Source: a virus
Lineage: Duplodnaviria; Caudoviricetes
DNA length: 64,000 nt
IMG/VR virus record: IMGVR_UViG_3300042307_000844
Reading direction: 5' to 3' (one strand)
Shown: in pieces, positions 8,754 to 17,259 of the stretch
Layout: each line of letters begins with the position of its first letter
Numbering within the stretch: position 1 is the stretch's first letter
Made by a program: the position numbers and the translations under genes
Notes under the pieces: model-generated
Told to the model about the DNA's origin: nothing
The model's input: only the letters and a program-made list of their open reading frames with translations
The model's database searches: none

Positions 8754-9604
8754 TATTCAACACCCTCACTAAATTTTTGTTTATCTCTAAATTCAGCCAC
8801 CGATGGGTATCCACCATCAATAACTTTCAATTCCTCTGGATTAATTCCTCGAAATTCCCATACTACCTTCTTTTCAAAGGGGGATATTTTGAAATTGGAA
8901 TGCGCCCTCATCAGAATATCAACGATATCTTCATGTGATAATTCGGGATATATTTTGCTTTTTAATTCTTTGATCTCCCCCGATGGCGTGTCCCTAAAAG
9001 TATCACCGTAATGAGAAAATTGTTTGGAATCTATGGCAACCCAAAAAATATCATCACCCGCAAAACAATTCTTAATACTTTTCAATATATTATTATCAAT
9101 ATTTTTAGTATCACACCAAAAAGCAATCAGAGAGACATTCTTACCAGCAGATTTGGATTTAATATTTTTCCAGATTCTTCCAGAAAATGTGTTGCGTCGA
9201 GTATTGCCCATGATCTGATCCTTTTGATTATCATAATAATAGTCAAGATCATCAGAAGTCGCTTCACCACAAACCTTAACAGAGTAATCTTTTAAAATAC
9301 TCTTAAATTGTTTAGGGTCTGCTTTGACTTTAGCTAAAGCATTGAAAATAGATGGGTGTGTATTGGAAGTATGAAAGAGTGTCTTTCCTATGAAAGAAAA
9401 AGCTTCTCCCGATTCATATGAATAGGAGTCCCCATCAAAATTAATCTGATCAGGACTAGAATTTTTGGAAGGAATCTTAACGTTTTCCATTAAAATTACA
9501 CCTCTTGCTGTAGCTCGCTCCTCAATTATCTTTTGGTAAAGCTCTCGTATGTTCAAATCATCCTTCATTGTTCCAAATTTCCTCCCATTTTTTAAATTTT
9601 TCAA
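8753..9604 (-). CDS. Hypothetical protein
   Basis: 283-aa ORF; alternative start MKDDLNIRELYQKIIEE. Confidence 0.7.
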   Translation of the reverse strand: MKNLKNGRKFGTMKDDLNIRELYQKIIEERATARGVILMENVKIPSKNSSPDQINFDGDSYSYESGEAFSFIGKTLFHTSNTHPSIFNALAKVKADPKQFKSILKDYSVKVCGEATSDDLDYYYDNQKDQIMGNTRRNTFSGRIWKNIKSKSAGKNVSLIAFWCDTKNIDNNILKSIKNCFAGDDIFWVAIDSKQFSHYGDTFRDTPSGEIKELKSKIYPELSHEDIVDILMRAHSNFKISPFEKKVVWEFRGINPEELKVIDGGYPSVAEFRDKQKFSEGVE

Positions 9605-9863
9605 TCAATATATCCAAATTTTTAGATTCATACCTACAATCAACTGAAGTTGTATAGTAATGAATGTTCCTATTCAATTCCTTATAACCACCATAATTCA
9701 ACACATCTTCCCCGTCAGAATGCTCAACTTTTAACACGAATGTATCATACATCCCATTGTCATCAACGTCAATAGACATGAATTTGTCTTTTATTGGATA
9801 AAAACGAACATTCTCGTATTTGGAAGCATTTTCTTTGTATTCTTCTGGATAAAATATAATCAT
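9558..9863 (-). CDS. Hypothetical protein
   Basis: Follows copy 3 of the 19-bp element. Confidence 0.6.
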   Translation of the reverse strand: MIIFYPEEYKENASKYENVRFYPIKDKFMSIDVDDNGMYDTFVLKVEHSDGEDVLNYGGYKELNRNIHYYTTSVDCRYESKNLDILIEKFKKWEEIWNNEG

Positions 9864-9869
9864 GATAGC

Positions 9870-9888
9870 ATTATACTCTAGTTTTTAA
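9870..9888 (-). promoter_or_regulatory. 19-bp element copy 3 (TTAAAAACTAGAGTATAAT)
   Basis: Repeat copy; it also encodes VKN-stop of the upstream gene. Confidence 0.7.
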
Positions 9889-10477
9889 CCATAAAAATCA
9901 CCACCGTAGGATTTGTGGGATCAACGTTTCCGTTATCATCCACAAAATATGAAATACCGTTTTTCACCGGATATTCTCCCTCCATATTCAGCGTTCGATC
10001 AATCACGAAACCATTTCTACTGTAAAGCCTGAACAAACCTTCATCCTTGATGTTGCCTTTATCGTCTTGGGTTGCAAAACAGTCCAATCTTGTGGCTCCC
10101 TGTTTGATAGCCTCCTGCACCAGAGCATTACCCGAAGATTCCTGCGAGGAGAACACCGAAACCAATTCATCTTCATCCTTGATACAAAATCCACTGGAAT
10201 TGTTCTTACCCAAGAAACACTTCATGCGCTGGTAATCTTGAACGGGATAAACACTGAGATTATTCTTGATGTTCTTAAAAAATTTGGGATTTACCGTTTT
10301 GCGAAATTCATCATTCTTCGTGATATTTGTCAGGGCTTGGAAAAATACCCTACCGCTCACCTGTTGAAAATTATCAGGATTGTTTGGATCAAGTCTTTGA
10401 CCCTTTCTTAATTGTTCGGGAGATAATTTGCCAATATCGGTGAATTTTTCCCAAAAAAATTGATAAAACGATTTCAT
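9878..10477 (-). CDS. GNAT-fold acetyltransferase-like late protein
   Basis: 'ELVSVFS...GNALVQEAIKQGATRLDCF...LFRLYSRNGF'; late TAAATA at 10483-10488; N-terminus MKSFYQFFWE. Confidence 0.6.
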   Translation of the reverse strand: MKSFYQFFWEKFTDIGKLSPEQLRKGQRLDPNNPDNFQQVSGRVFFQALTNITKNDEFRKTVNPKFFKNIKNNLSVYPVQDYQRMKCFLGKNNSSGFCIKDEDELVSVFSSQESSGNALVQEAIKQGATRLDCFATQDDKGNIKDEGLFRLYSRNGFVIDRTLNMEGEYPVKNGISYFVDDNGNVDPTNPTVVIFMVKN

Positions 10478-10481
10478 TCAA

Positions 10482-10739
10482 TTATTTAACTGATATATCG
10501 GCAATTACTGTTGAATGATTCAAACGATTATTAAAATCCGACCATTTAATGGGAGTATCCATCGTCACTCCATCGTCCCATGCCCAGCCATTGGGATTCA
10601 CAATACGAATAACCTCTGGCGTTTCCTTGAGCCATTCGTGGGCGGTCTTCTTGGCGAAGATACGCTCCCACCCTTCATCATAAGCTTTGTTCTGGATACC
10701 AGACTTTATAACTTTTCCCGTCACATCATTGATCGCCAT
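10482..10739 (-). CDS. Hypothetical protein
   Basis: Packed ORF. Confidence 0.55.
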   Translation of the reverse strand: MAINDVTGKVIKSGIQNKAYDEGWERIFAKKTAHEWLKETPEVIRIVNPNGWAWDDGVTMDTPIKWSDFNNRLNHSTVIADISVK

Positions 10740-10968
10740 AGATACCCCTTTCTACCATTTTACCATATTCGGAAGAGTCACAAGGATAACTATTGAAACA
10801 ATGATCCCATAGCCAAGGTTCTTGTTCTTCTGATGGCTCAATTTCATCAATCAACTTGTCATATAGATCATTCTGCTGCTGTTGAAGCTGTTCGATAACC
10901 GCTCGCGTTCCTTCAATCTTGCTCCGGTGCTGTTCCATACCATCTGTCGTATTTTGTTCTGTATTCAT
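10726..10968 (-). CDS. Hypothetical protein
   Basis: Packed ORF with a coiled coil. Confidence 0.55.
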   Translation of the reverse strand: MNTEQNTTDGMEQHRSKIEGTRAVIEQLQQQQNDLYDKLIDEIEPSEEQEPWLWDHCFNSYPCDSSEYGKMVERGIYGDQ

Positions 10969-11599
10969 TTATTTTATTTTGTATTTCTTTTAAATCCGTG
11001 TAATAATCCTCAATTTGAGGAATCACATAATTCCTTCGGGTGATCTCATCAATCCCATCAATCAGCATTTCTTTGGCGTTTGGGTTTTCCAAACGATTCT
11101 TCCTAAGCCTGTCATTGATTTCCTTGCGGTTTTGTTCGACTTCTTCCAAATACGCTTTCAATTCATCATCCGTTCTCTTGTAAGGAATGTCGTGCTTTAC
11201 CAAAGTAATATCACTCAATTCACCATCAATGAATTTAACATCCCATTCAATCCATCCACAGATAAATCTATGAGCATCAGGAGTGCCATACTGCATACCC
11301 TTATCTTCAGGATGACGATAAGATTCGTAAATACCAACCGTTCCGGTGAAGTCATATGGCTCCCACCATTCTTTTTCAACTACGAATTCCATACCAAAGA
11401 ACGGAATGTTGGGATTTTCAAAATGATGTCCTGTTTGTCTGAGGATTTCCAACTTCTTTTCAGAATTTACCCTGAAATTCAGCATCAGATTTTCATCCAA
11501 ATCCTTGGTTTGGAACACCAAAGTCTTCCGATCAATCTCTGAAGGAAGATCGGGTAGAGTGATGCTCTCGTCTATTGTGAGGTTGTTAAACATTCCCAT
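10913..11599 (-). CDS. Hypothetical protein (MGMF...FQTKDL phage family)
   Basis: Follows copy 4 of the 19-bp element. Confidence 0.65.
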   Translation of the reverse strand: MGMFNNLTIDESITLPDLPSEIDRKTLVFQTKDLDENLMLNFRVNSEKKLEILRQTGHHFENPNIPFFGMEFVVEKEWWEPYDFTGTVGIYESYRHPEDKGMQYGTPDAHRFICGWIEWDVKFIDGELSDITLVKHDIPYKRTDDELKAYLEEVEQNRKEINDRLRKNRLENPNAKEMLIDGIDEITRRNYVIPQIEDYYTDLKEIQNKINEYRTKYDRWYGTAPEQD

Positions 11600-11605
11600 A
11601 ATTTT

Positions 11606-11624
11606 ATTATATTCTAGTTTTTAA
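11606..11624 (-). promoter_or_regulatory. 19-bp element copy 4 (TTAAAAACTAGAATATAAT)
   Basis: Repeat copy overlapping the stop codon of the clamp gene. Confidence 0.7.
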
Positions 11625-12321
11625 GCGATGATAAGATGTATTCCATCTCAAAATCCCCACTCTTCGTGATGATGCAACCAACTCCCAGCTTGGAATTGAT
11701 CTTGAACACATTTCCGTTCTTGGATACCTTGGAAAGCAATTTGAGATTATCAATCTTCAGAATGAATGATTCCAATTCAAAATCCACTTCATCCCCCACG
11801 ATGCTCAGAGTGTCACTGTTGGGAACCGTCTCATCGCCCAGCTTCCACACCAGAGAATCATTCTCAGTGAAGAGGTAAAGCTTATTGGTGTTTGTGATGG
11901 ATGATTTCTGAAGAACATTGGAAAGGAATTCAAAATCCAAATCAAATTGGAGATTGTATTCAAAATTACGAATCTTTTCCAGAGACAGCTTCGGTTTGGT
12001 GATCACTCCATCTTCGTGGAGATGATACTTGAACTTCAGGGACTTGTCCTTGTATTCCAGATGATTGTTATTCAGCTTGAGCTTGATATCATCGGAAGAA
12101 ATCATATCCAAAGCTTTGGAAAGCTTCTTCAAGGATGGTAGATTGAGATTCTGATCCTCATAATCACCTGCAAGGTAAGCATGGGCATACATGGAATTAT
12201 CCTCGCTGGAGGCAATCCCATGAATACCATCTTCCCTCAGTTCCAGAACACAGGTGTCATGGATTGTGCCGAGGCTTTGTAGCAAGAACTGGAACTCTTT
12301 CTTTTTCAGGCTTAATTGCAT
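11614..12321 (-). CDS. gp45: Sliding clamp (T4 gp45-like)
   Basis: 235 aa with a two-domain alpha/beta pattern ('KFKYHL', 'LKIDNLKLL', 'EYIL'), located in the replication cluster near gp32. Confidence 0.72.
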   Translation of the reverse strand: MQLSLKKKEFQFLLQSLGTIHDTCVLELREDGIHGIASSEDNSMYAHAYLAGDYEDQNLNLPSLKKLSKALDMISSDDIKLKLNNNHLEYKDKSLKFKYHLHEDGVITKPKLSLEKIRNFEYNLQFDLDFEFLSNVLQKSSITNTNKLYLFTENDSLVWKLGDETVPNSDTLSIVGDEVDFELESFILKIDNLKLLSKVSKNGNVFKINSKLGVGCIITKSGDFEMEYILSSLKN

Positions 12322-12733
12322 ATTGCTTTTCTATCAGACTATTTTGCTTTGTCAACTTTAAAGAAATCTCTTTCAGTAAATTGATGATGATATCTGCCTT
12401 GGATGGTTCCAAATTCAGTTCCAATTGCCCGTCATCCACTTTTTGGGGCATGGGAGCATATTGGGGAACTTGTGGAATGGGTTGAGGGGGATAATATGGC
12501 AGTGGAATATTGGTTGCCGCAACATCACCATAATGATGTGTTGGAACGGATTGTTGGGGTGGTTGAATGCGCTCTCGCTTCTGTTGCTCTTGATATTCTG
12601 CGATACCTCTCTTGAGAGTGTTGGTATTGGTAGCCAACTGTGCAGGATTATTGATCATCAACGAATCAATGGCAGCACTCTCCCCAAGTAGAGCAGCCAT
12701 CGTTTTATATTCTTCTGGTATGTTCGGATTCAT
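12257..12733 (-). CDS. Hypothetical Pro/Gln-rich protein
   Basis: ORF between gp32 and the clamp gene. Confidence 0.65.
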   Translation of the reverse strand: MNPNIPEEYKTMAALLGESAAIDSLMINNPAQLATNTNTLKRGIAEYQEQQKRERIQPPQQSVPTHHYGDVAATNIPLPYYPPQPIPQVPQYAPMPQKVDDGQLELNLEPSKADIIINLLKEISLKLTKQNSLIEKQYAIKPEKERVPVLATKPRHNP

Positions 12734-12740
12734 ATATTTA

Positions 12741-12776
12741 AAAAGGAAACCCTCCCCACCGACTTGATGGGGAGGG
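12741..12776 (-). terminator. Rho-independent terminator after gp32
   Basis: 9-bp GC stem ccctcccca/tggggaggg (12750-12776), followed on the minus strand by tttccttttt. Confidence 0.85.
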
Positions 12777-12783
12777 AATCGGG

Positions 12784-13692
12784 TTAATCGTCTAGTCCTG
12801 CAAGAAGTTCGTCAATATCGTCGTCCTCCTGCTTCTCAACTTTCTTTGGTTTTGCCGCTGGTTTCTTTTCCTCATGTTTCATGGGAATTTCATCCTTGTC
12901 CTCGTCTTCAACCGCTTCTTTCTTGGCTTGTTTCAGAGTCTTGCGCTCTTCCTTTTCTTCGCCAACGAAGAAGTGTTCGTTAAGGACTTCCTGAAGCTCA
13001 TCATAGGTCTTCACGGAATACACAGCTTCCAGATCATGGATTTCCGAACAAATCTTTTCAATCTCTTCCTCATCCAGAACAGTCTTAGATTTGGTTGTGA
13101 TAAAGGAAGATTCAAAGGTTGTGTAGTCCCCTTTCTTCTCTGCCACGATCTTGAAATCATGTCCCTTGGTAGGGTCGAAGATGTCCCAACCAAGTTCATC
13201 GGAACGCTCCCCTTCGGTTGCATCATCAATGATCTTCTTGAGTTGTGGTCCCATGCGAAGAATCTTCACCGTGCCATTGTTCTCTGGCTTTGCGGGATCG
13301 TTGATCACATAGACATTCACAAGCCATTGCTCCTTTTGGGAGATGTCCGCACTGTATTCCCTGTTCTCAGCCTTTGGATTTGCTTCTTTCCAGCTTTTGA
13401 AAAGTTTCCAACGAAGCTCCGCAATTGGATCACGATCTCCCATGGTTTGAAGTCCAAGGAAGCTTGTGTATTTACCACTCGCCTTGCTGGTGAATCCATG
13501 CACCCAATGATGAAACAGACTCTTCTCAGGGTCTTCCACGTTGGGAATCAACCTAAGCGTGTAGGTGTGTCCTGCTGGGAAGCTCATGATATTGGAGAAT
13601 TGACCCCCCGATGAATCGTTGTTCTTGTTTAATGCCGCTTTGATCGAATCGAACATAGCTGCGCCGAATTTTGTTTTTTGTTTTGTTGCCAT
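12784..13692 (-). CDS. gp32: ssDNA-binding protein (T4 gp32-like)
   Basis: 'LRLIP', 'HHWVHGF', 'NVYVINDPAKPENNGTVKI', 'FDPTKGHDF', and an acidic tail 'DDDIDELLAGLDD'. Confidence 0.92.
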   Translation of the reverse strand: MATKQKTKFGAAMFDSIKAALNKNNDSSGGQFSNIMSFPAGHTYTLRLIPNVEDPEKSLFHHWVHGFTSKASGKYTSFLGLQTMGDRDPIAELRWKLFKSWKEANPKAENREYSADISQKEQWLVNVYVINDPAKPENNGTVKILRMGPQLKKIIDDATEGERSDELGWDIFDPTKGHDFKIVAEKKGDYTTFESSFITTKSKTVLDEEEIEKICSEIHDLEAVYSVKTYDELQEVLNEHFFVGEEKEERKTLKQAKKEAVEDEDKDEIPMKHEEKKPAAKPKKVEKQEDDDIDELLAGLDD

Positions 13693-13696
13693 TGTT

Positions 13697-14326
13697 TTAT
13701 TTTATTTGTTCTTTTATTTTTGTTATTGCTTTGTGAGAGAATTCCTTCATTTTCTTGCTCAGATGAAATTTGTTTTTCGTCTTTTGAAAAGTGATCCAAA
13801 AATCTGAGAATATGAAATCCAGAATCCGATTCTCCACCTCGATTTTTGAGACACCCAAAGAATGCAAAGCATACATATTAATGTGATGGTTCTTTAGATG
13901 GTCAATCATGTTTGGTAGTGACTCTTCTGTATATAAGGGATATTGTTCCAAAGTCAACCCTTTTTCTTTACAAAAGTTCTTAATAAATTTGAGACTATCA
14001 ACCAATCTCTTGAGAGAACTTTCAGAATCAGGATCATCCATCTCAATCTTCTTCATATACTGTGAATATGCCTTTTTAGCTTTGGAAGTCAAGAAGAATT
14101 CCAGATCAAAATAATCATCATCCTCGAAAATCCTATAAGGAGCAGAGAAGTAATCATCAATTTTAATATTATTATAACTGTTGAAGAACCTTTCCAGAGA
14201 AGCAAGGTGATCCAATTTGGATTGATCCATATCGGAGAAGTCCTTACGAATCCGAAATGGTTTGTCGCGCATCTTACGAGAAATCGCCAGATGGGAGTTA
14301 TATATTCTTTTTTGGAAATCAGTCAT
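13697..14326 (-). CDS. Hypothetical protein upstream of gp32
   Basis: 209-aa ORF. The position is where gp59 often lies, but I see no motif support for that call. Confidence 0.7.
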   Translation of the reverse strand: MTDFQKRIYNSHLAISRKMRDKPFRIRKDFSDMDQSKLDHLASLERFFNSYNNIKIDDYFSAPYRIFEDDDYFDLEFFLTSKAKKAYSQYMKKIEMDDPDSESSLKRLVDSLKFIKNFCKEKGLTLEQYPLYTEESLPNMIDHLKNHHINMYALHSLGVSKIEVENRILDFIFSDFWITFQKTKNKFHLSKKMKEFSHKAITKIKEQIK

Positions 14327-14669
14327 ACCATTTATTGGTTTTAACGTCGAATGATTTCAACTTTCTCCGTATTCTCCAAGTCTTCATCGATTTGGATTCT
14401 TTTTTAGGTTTTGATAAAAATTCTTTCAAATCTTTCTGGAGAACGAACTTATCATAAAATTCATCCCACGTTTTCTTAGAAGCATTTTTCCTTGGTATTC
14501 TAGCGGTGGCGGAAATCATAACCTTCTCCCCAACACAGCCTTCTTCATGTGGTGTTCTCCAACCAAAACATTTACATGTTGGGCAATAATAATTGCGATG
14601 GGAATGTTGTGAACCGGAATCTCCTAAATTAAGTTTCATATCAATCCATAATTGCCACAAATGCTGCAT
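14319..14669 (-). CDS. Hypothetical protein with CxxC
   Basis: 'CPTCKC' in a packed ORF. Confidence 0.55.
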   Translation of the reverse strand: MQHLWQLWIDMKLNLGDSGSQHSHRNYYCPTCKCFGWRTPHEEGCVGEKVMISATARIPRKNASKKTWDEFYDKFVLQKDLKEFLSKPKKESKSMKTWRIRRKLKSFDVKTNKWYD

Positions 14670-14871
14670 GAATGGTTACAGCCCCATCGTCATCCCTACC
14701 TTGATAAGTCACTGCTCCAATATGTCGTAAAAAAACATCACGGGCTAAAAGTCTATTAATTTGATCCTCATAACTTTTCCCAAGTTGCCACGAATCAAAA
14801 TGAGGTAGAGATTCAATGTAATCATACACTTCTCTCACTCCTCCACTAATTAAATCGTATTTTTGTATCAT
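14641..14871 (-). CDS. Hypothetical protein
   Basis: Packed ORF. Confidence 0.5.
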   Translation of the reverse strand: MIQKYDLISGGVREVYDYIESLPHFDSWQLGKSYEDQINRLLARDVFLRHIGAVTYQGRDDDGAVTIHAAFVAIMD

Positions 14872-15167
14872 CGTCTGTTCTTCTCTTGATTCTCTCTGAT
14901 CTTCCTAGCTCTTTCCAATGCCCTCTCAGCAGCCCGTTCGTATTGTTCAGCAGTGGGGAATCCCGCGATCATACCAATACCCACATCTTCATATTCTGTT
15001 AATTCGCGGATGATTTTTCCATCAGACCTAACCATTCTCAGATGTGGTCGTGGTAAATCGTGTTTTCTCCCATCCATATAACCGTCACAATACGATTTGA
15101 TTTGATATTTGATGAAAGAGTTCCATTTGTTTAGACATGGACTTTGGATGCTATAGGTGTATTTCAT
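14868..15167 (-). CDS. Hypothetical protein
   Basis: ATGA-coupled ORF. Confidence 0.6.
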   Translation of the reverse strand: MKYTYSIQSPCLNKWNSFIKYQIKSYCDGYMDGRKHDLPRPHLRMVRSDGKIIRELTEYEDVGIGMIAGFPTAEQYERAAERALERARKIRENQEKNRR

Positions 15168-15598
15168 TGTTCCAAGAGTTCTGGATTTTCAAATATATTA
15201 CCACACACCACCCAATATGTCCAGTCGCATAAATTTACAAAATTATCATGCAGTGGAGATGGCGATCCATGTAAATTATTGACATTGTTATGGACGAAAC
15301 AACATTCTTTATCATTCCAACCAACCACAATTTTACAAAAAGACCCATTACCCACCCTCTCAAGGATATCCCCATCATAAATCTCTTTGTTGTTTTTGTC
15401 TATCAATCCAGTGAATTGTTGAAGAACGTAATCATCGGAACAATCAACATCTCCACAATGTTTAAAATCTCCACGCAACTTGCCGTTCAATTGTAAATAG
15501 AATTTTTCAGCATATTCTCCATTCATTATCGGAGTCGAAGATGGGTAAAACATCTCTTTATATAGAATATTCCAAATCCTGAATTTTATATCTCTCAT
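15164..15598 (-). CDS. YopX family protein
   Basis: 'MRDIKFRIW', 'QFTGLIDKNNKEIYDGDIL', and 'GNIFENPELL'. Confidence 0.9.
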   Translation of the reverse strand: MRDIKFRIWNILYKEMFYPSSTPIMNGEYAEKFYLQLNGKLRGDFKHCGDVDCSDDYVLQQFTGLIDKNNKEIYDGDILERVGNGSFCKIVVGWNDKECCFVHNNVNNLHGSPSPLHDNFVNLCDWTYWVVCGNIFENPELLEQ

Positions 15599-15882
15599 TT
15601 CTTTTTAACTTTTTTCTGCTCGGAACGAACATACTTGGTGACAAATTTACTCTTCGAAATTGTGCTGTCTTGATCCAAAAACACCTTAACAAGCTCCTGA
15701 TCAGAGTCAAGGGACAATATCGTTTTCAGGATCGTTTTCAGCTTCTCCTCTTGGAGAGTTGTCACGAAAACGTTCTGGATGGATAATTTCTTACCTTTGA
15801 TGTTATTTACGAAAGTGCAATAACAGAGAAATAAGTGGTTCTGTTCATTTTCTATTATATTTGAGGAGGGGTCGTATATCAT
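15595..15882 (-). CDS. Hypothetical protein; intact paralogue of the TnpB-disrupted gene
   Basis: Residues 4-30 match the remnant ORF at 17199-17324 at 18 of 27 positions. Confidence 0.8.
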   Translation of the reverse strand: MIYDPSSNIIENEQNHLFLCYCTFVNNIKGKKLSIQNVFVTTLQEEKLKTILKTILSLDSDQELVKVFLDQDSTISKSKFVTKYVRSEQKKVKKK

Positions 15883-15884
15883 AA

Positions 15885-15932
15885 TTAAATTGCGTGGGGT
15901 TGTTCGATAGATGAATCAAATAGGCGTTTCAT
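15885..15932 (-). CDS. 15-aa mini-ORF (MKRLFDSSIEQPHAI)
   Basis: ATG lies 6 nt after the -10 hexamer; the stop is 2 nt before the next ATG. Confidence 0.4.
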   Translation of the reverse strand: MKRLFDSSIEQPHAI

Positions 15933-15938
15933 ATATAT

Positions 15939-15966
15939 ACTATAATCTATTTTTCACCGAAGTCAA
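15939..15966 (-). promoter_or_regulatory. Sigma70-type early promoter TTGACT-N16-TATAGT
   Basis: Same architecture as the promoters at 22511, 27603 and 39018. Confidence 0.65.
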
Positions 15967-16005
15967 ATTAAATTACGATATTTCATAAAATATTAAGAAA
16001 AAGAC

Positions 16006-17239
16006 TAAATAATAACATAGAAGAGGAAATTACATACCAAGCTTTCAAATTCAGAATCTATCCGTTAGATTCTCAGAAGGAATTACTAGCAAAGCATTTT
16101 GGATGCTCTCGATTTATTTATAATTATTTTCTAAAAGAGAAACAAGATCATTATTTGAATAATGGCAAAACTTTAAATTATAATTATTGTTGTTCTGGTG
16201 TTAAAAAATTAAAAGACTCTGATGAATATTCATGGCTCAAAAAAGTCAATTCACAAACACTACAACAATCTTTAAAAAATCTTGAGACTGCGTATGGCAA
16301 TTTTTTCCGTAAGAAATCTAAATTTCCAAAATTTAAAAAGAAATCAAACCAACAATCATTTGGGGTTTGCCAAGGAGTTAAAATAAAAAATAATAATAAA
16401 TTACAAATTTATAAATTTAAAGAAGGAATACCGATTCATCTCCATCGTAAATTGGAAGGAAAAATCAAATCAGCAACAATTTCCAAAACGCCCACCGATA
16501 AATATTTTGCTTCCATCCTTTGTGAAGTCCCCAAGAAATCTAAACCAAAGACTGGTAAGACTTTGGGTATTGACTTGGGTATTACAGATTTCATAGTAAC
16601 AAGCGATGGGGAGAAAGTAAAAAATCCCAAATTCAATCATTCTTTAAAACAAAAGCTTTCAAAAGCTCAAAAACATTTAAGTAGGAAAACGAAAGGTAGC
16701 AATAGATACAAAAGACAAAGAAAAAAAGTAGCGAGAATCCACGAGAAGATAACCAATTCTCGGAAGGATTTCCAACACAAATTAAGCACTCGTTTGATTA
16801 ACGAGTATGATATGATTTCTTTAGAATCTCTGGCTGTTAAGAACATGATTAAGAATGTAAATCTTTCTTATAGTATTCAAGATAGCTCTTGGAGTTCTTT
16901 TATATCAATGTTGGAATATAAAGCCAAGTGGTATGGTAAGGAGATTAGGAAGATTGATAGATGGTATCCTAGTTCCAAGACCTGCCATAAGTGTGATTAT
17001 ATTATCGATAAGCTACCTTTGTCAGTGAGGCGTTGGATATGTCCCAAGTGTGGTGAGAACCATGACAGGGACATCAACGCCGCAAAAAACATTCATCGTC
17101 AGGGATTGGCGATTACAGATGTGGAGATGGAAGCTCTGGTTGCCAGCAATGGCGACGAAACTACTGTCTGTGAAGCGTCTAAAAAGAAGTCTTATAGACT
17201 AAGACTGAAGCCGCTGGGTCTTGCCCATCGGTAGTTCAC
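16006..17239 (+). mobile_element. Non-autonomous IS200/IS605 (IS1341-type) tnpB element
   Basis: tnpB plus a right-end subterminal hairpin CCG-C-TGGG-TCTTG-CCCA-T-CGG (17211-17231) and terminal GTAGTTCAC. No tnpA in the window; the left end is not recognisable. Confidence 0.85.
16017..17234 (+). CDS. tnpB: RNA-guided endonuclease TnpB
   Basis: The frame extends upstream of the called TTG (16155) through the HTH 'AFKFRIYPLDSQKELLAKHFGCSRFIYNYFL' to an ATA at 16017. RuvC D (GIDLG), E (LESL) and D (DRDINAA) are present, plus a CHKC/CPKC zinc finger. Confidence 0.92.
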   Translation: MEEEITYQAFKFRIYPLDSQKELLAKHFGCSRFIYNYFLKEKQDHYLNNGKTLNYNYCCSGVKKLKDSDEYSWLKKVNSQTLQQSLKNLETAYGNFFRKKSKFPKFKKKSNQQSFGVCQGVKIKNNNKLQIYKFKEGIPIHLHRKLEGKIKSATISKTPTDKYFASILCEVPKKSKPKTGKTLGIDLGITDFIVTSDGEKVKNPKFNHSLKQKLSKAQKHLSRKTKGSNRYKRQRKKVARIHEKITNSRKDFQHKLSTRLINEYDMISLESLAVKNMIKNVNLSYSIQDSSWSSFISMLEYKAKWYGKEIRKIDRWYPSSKTCHKCDYIIDKLPLSVRRWICPKCGENHDRDINAAKNIHRQGLAITDVEMEALVASNGDETTVCEASKKKSYRLRLKPLGLAHR

Positions 17240-17259
17240 CTTTGAGATGGTTCACGAAG
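17060..17259 (+). ncRNA. Predicted omega/reRNA scaffold plus guide (guide ~17240-17259, CTTTGAGATGGTTCACGAAG)
   Basis: Inferred from known TnpB biology: the scaffold overlaps the tnpB 3' end and the guide is read from the flank beyond TCAC. The 5' boundary is approximate. Confidence 0.6.

Noticed and set aside
12874-13614. 246-aa plus-strand ORF
   Set aside because: Antisense shadow of gp32 with no motifs; the same applies to other long antisense ORFs (2182-2565, 11015-11542, 24531-25031, 38029-38499, 46949-47374).
13697-14326. gp59 helicase loader
   Set aside because: Position next to gp32 fits, but I see no gp59 sequence motif; left as hypothetical.
15973-15996. TTAC followed by a weak AT hairpin as the IS left end
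   Set aside because: The sequence upstream of this TTAC does not continue the disrupted gene (it reads GNLI*), and the 6-bp AT stem is expected by chance.
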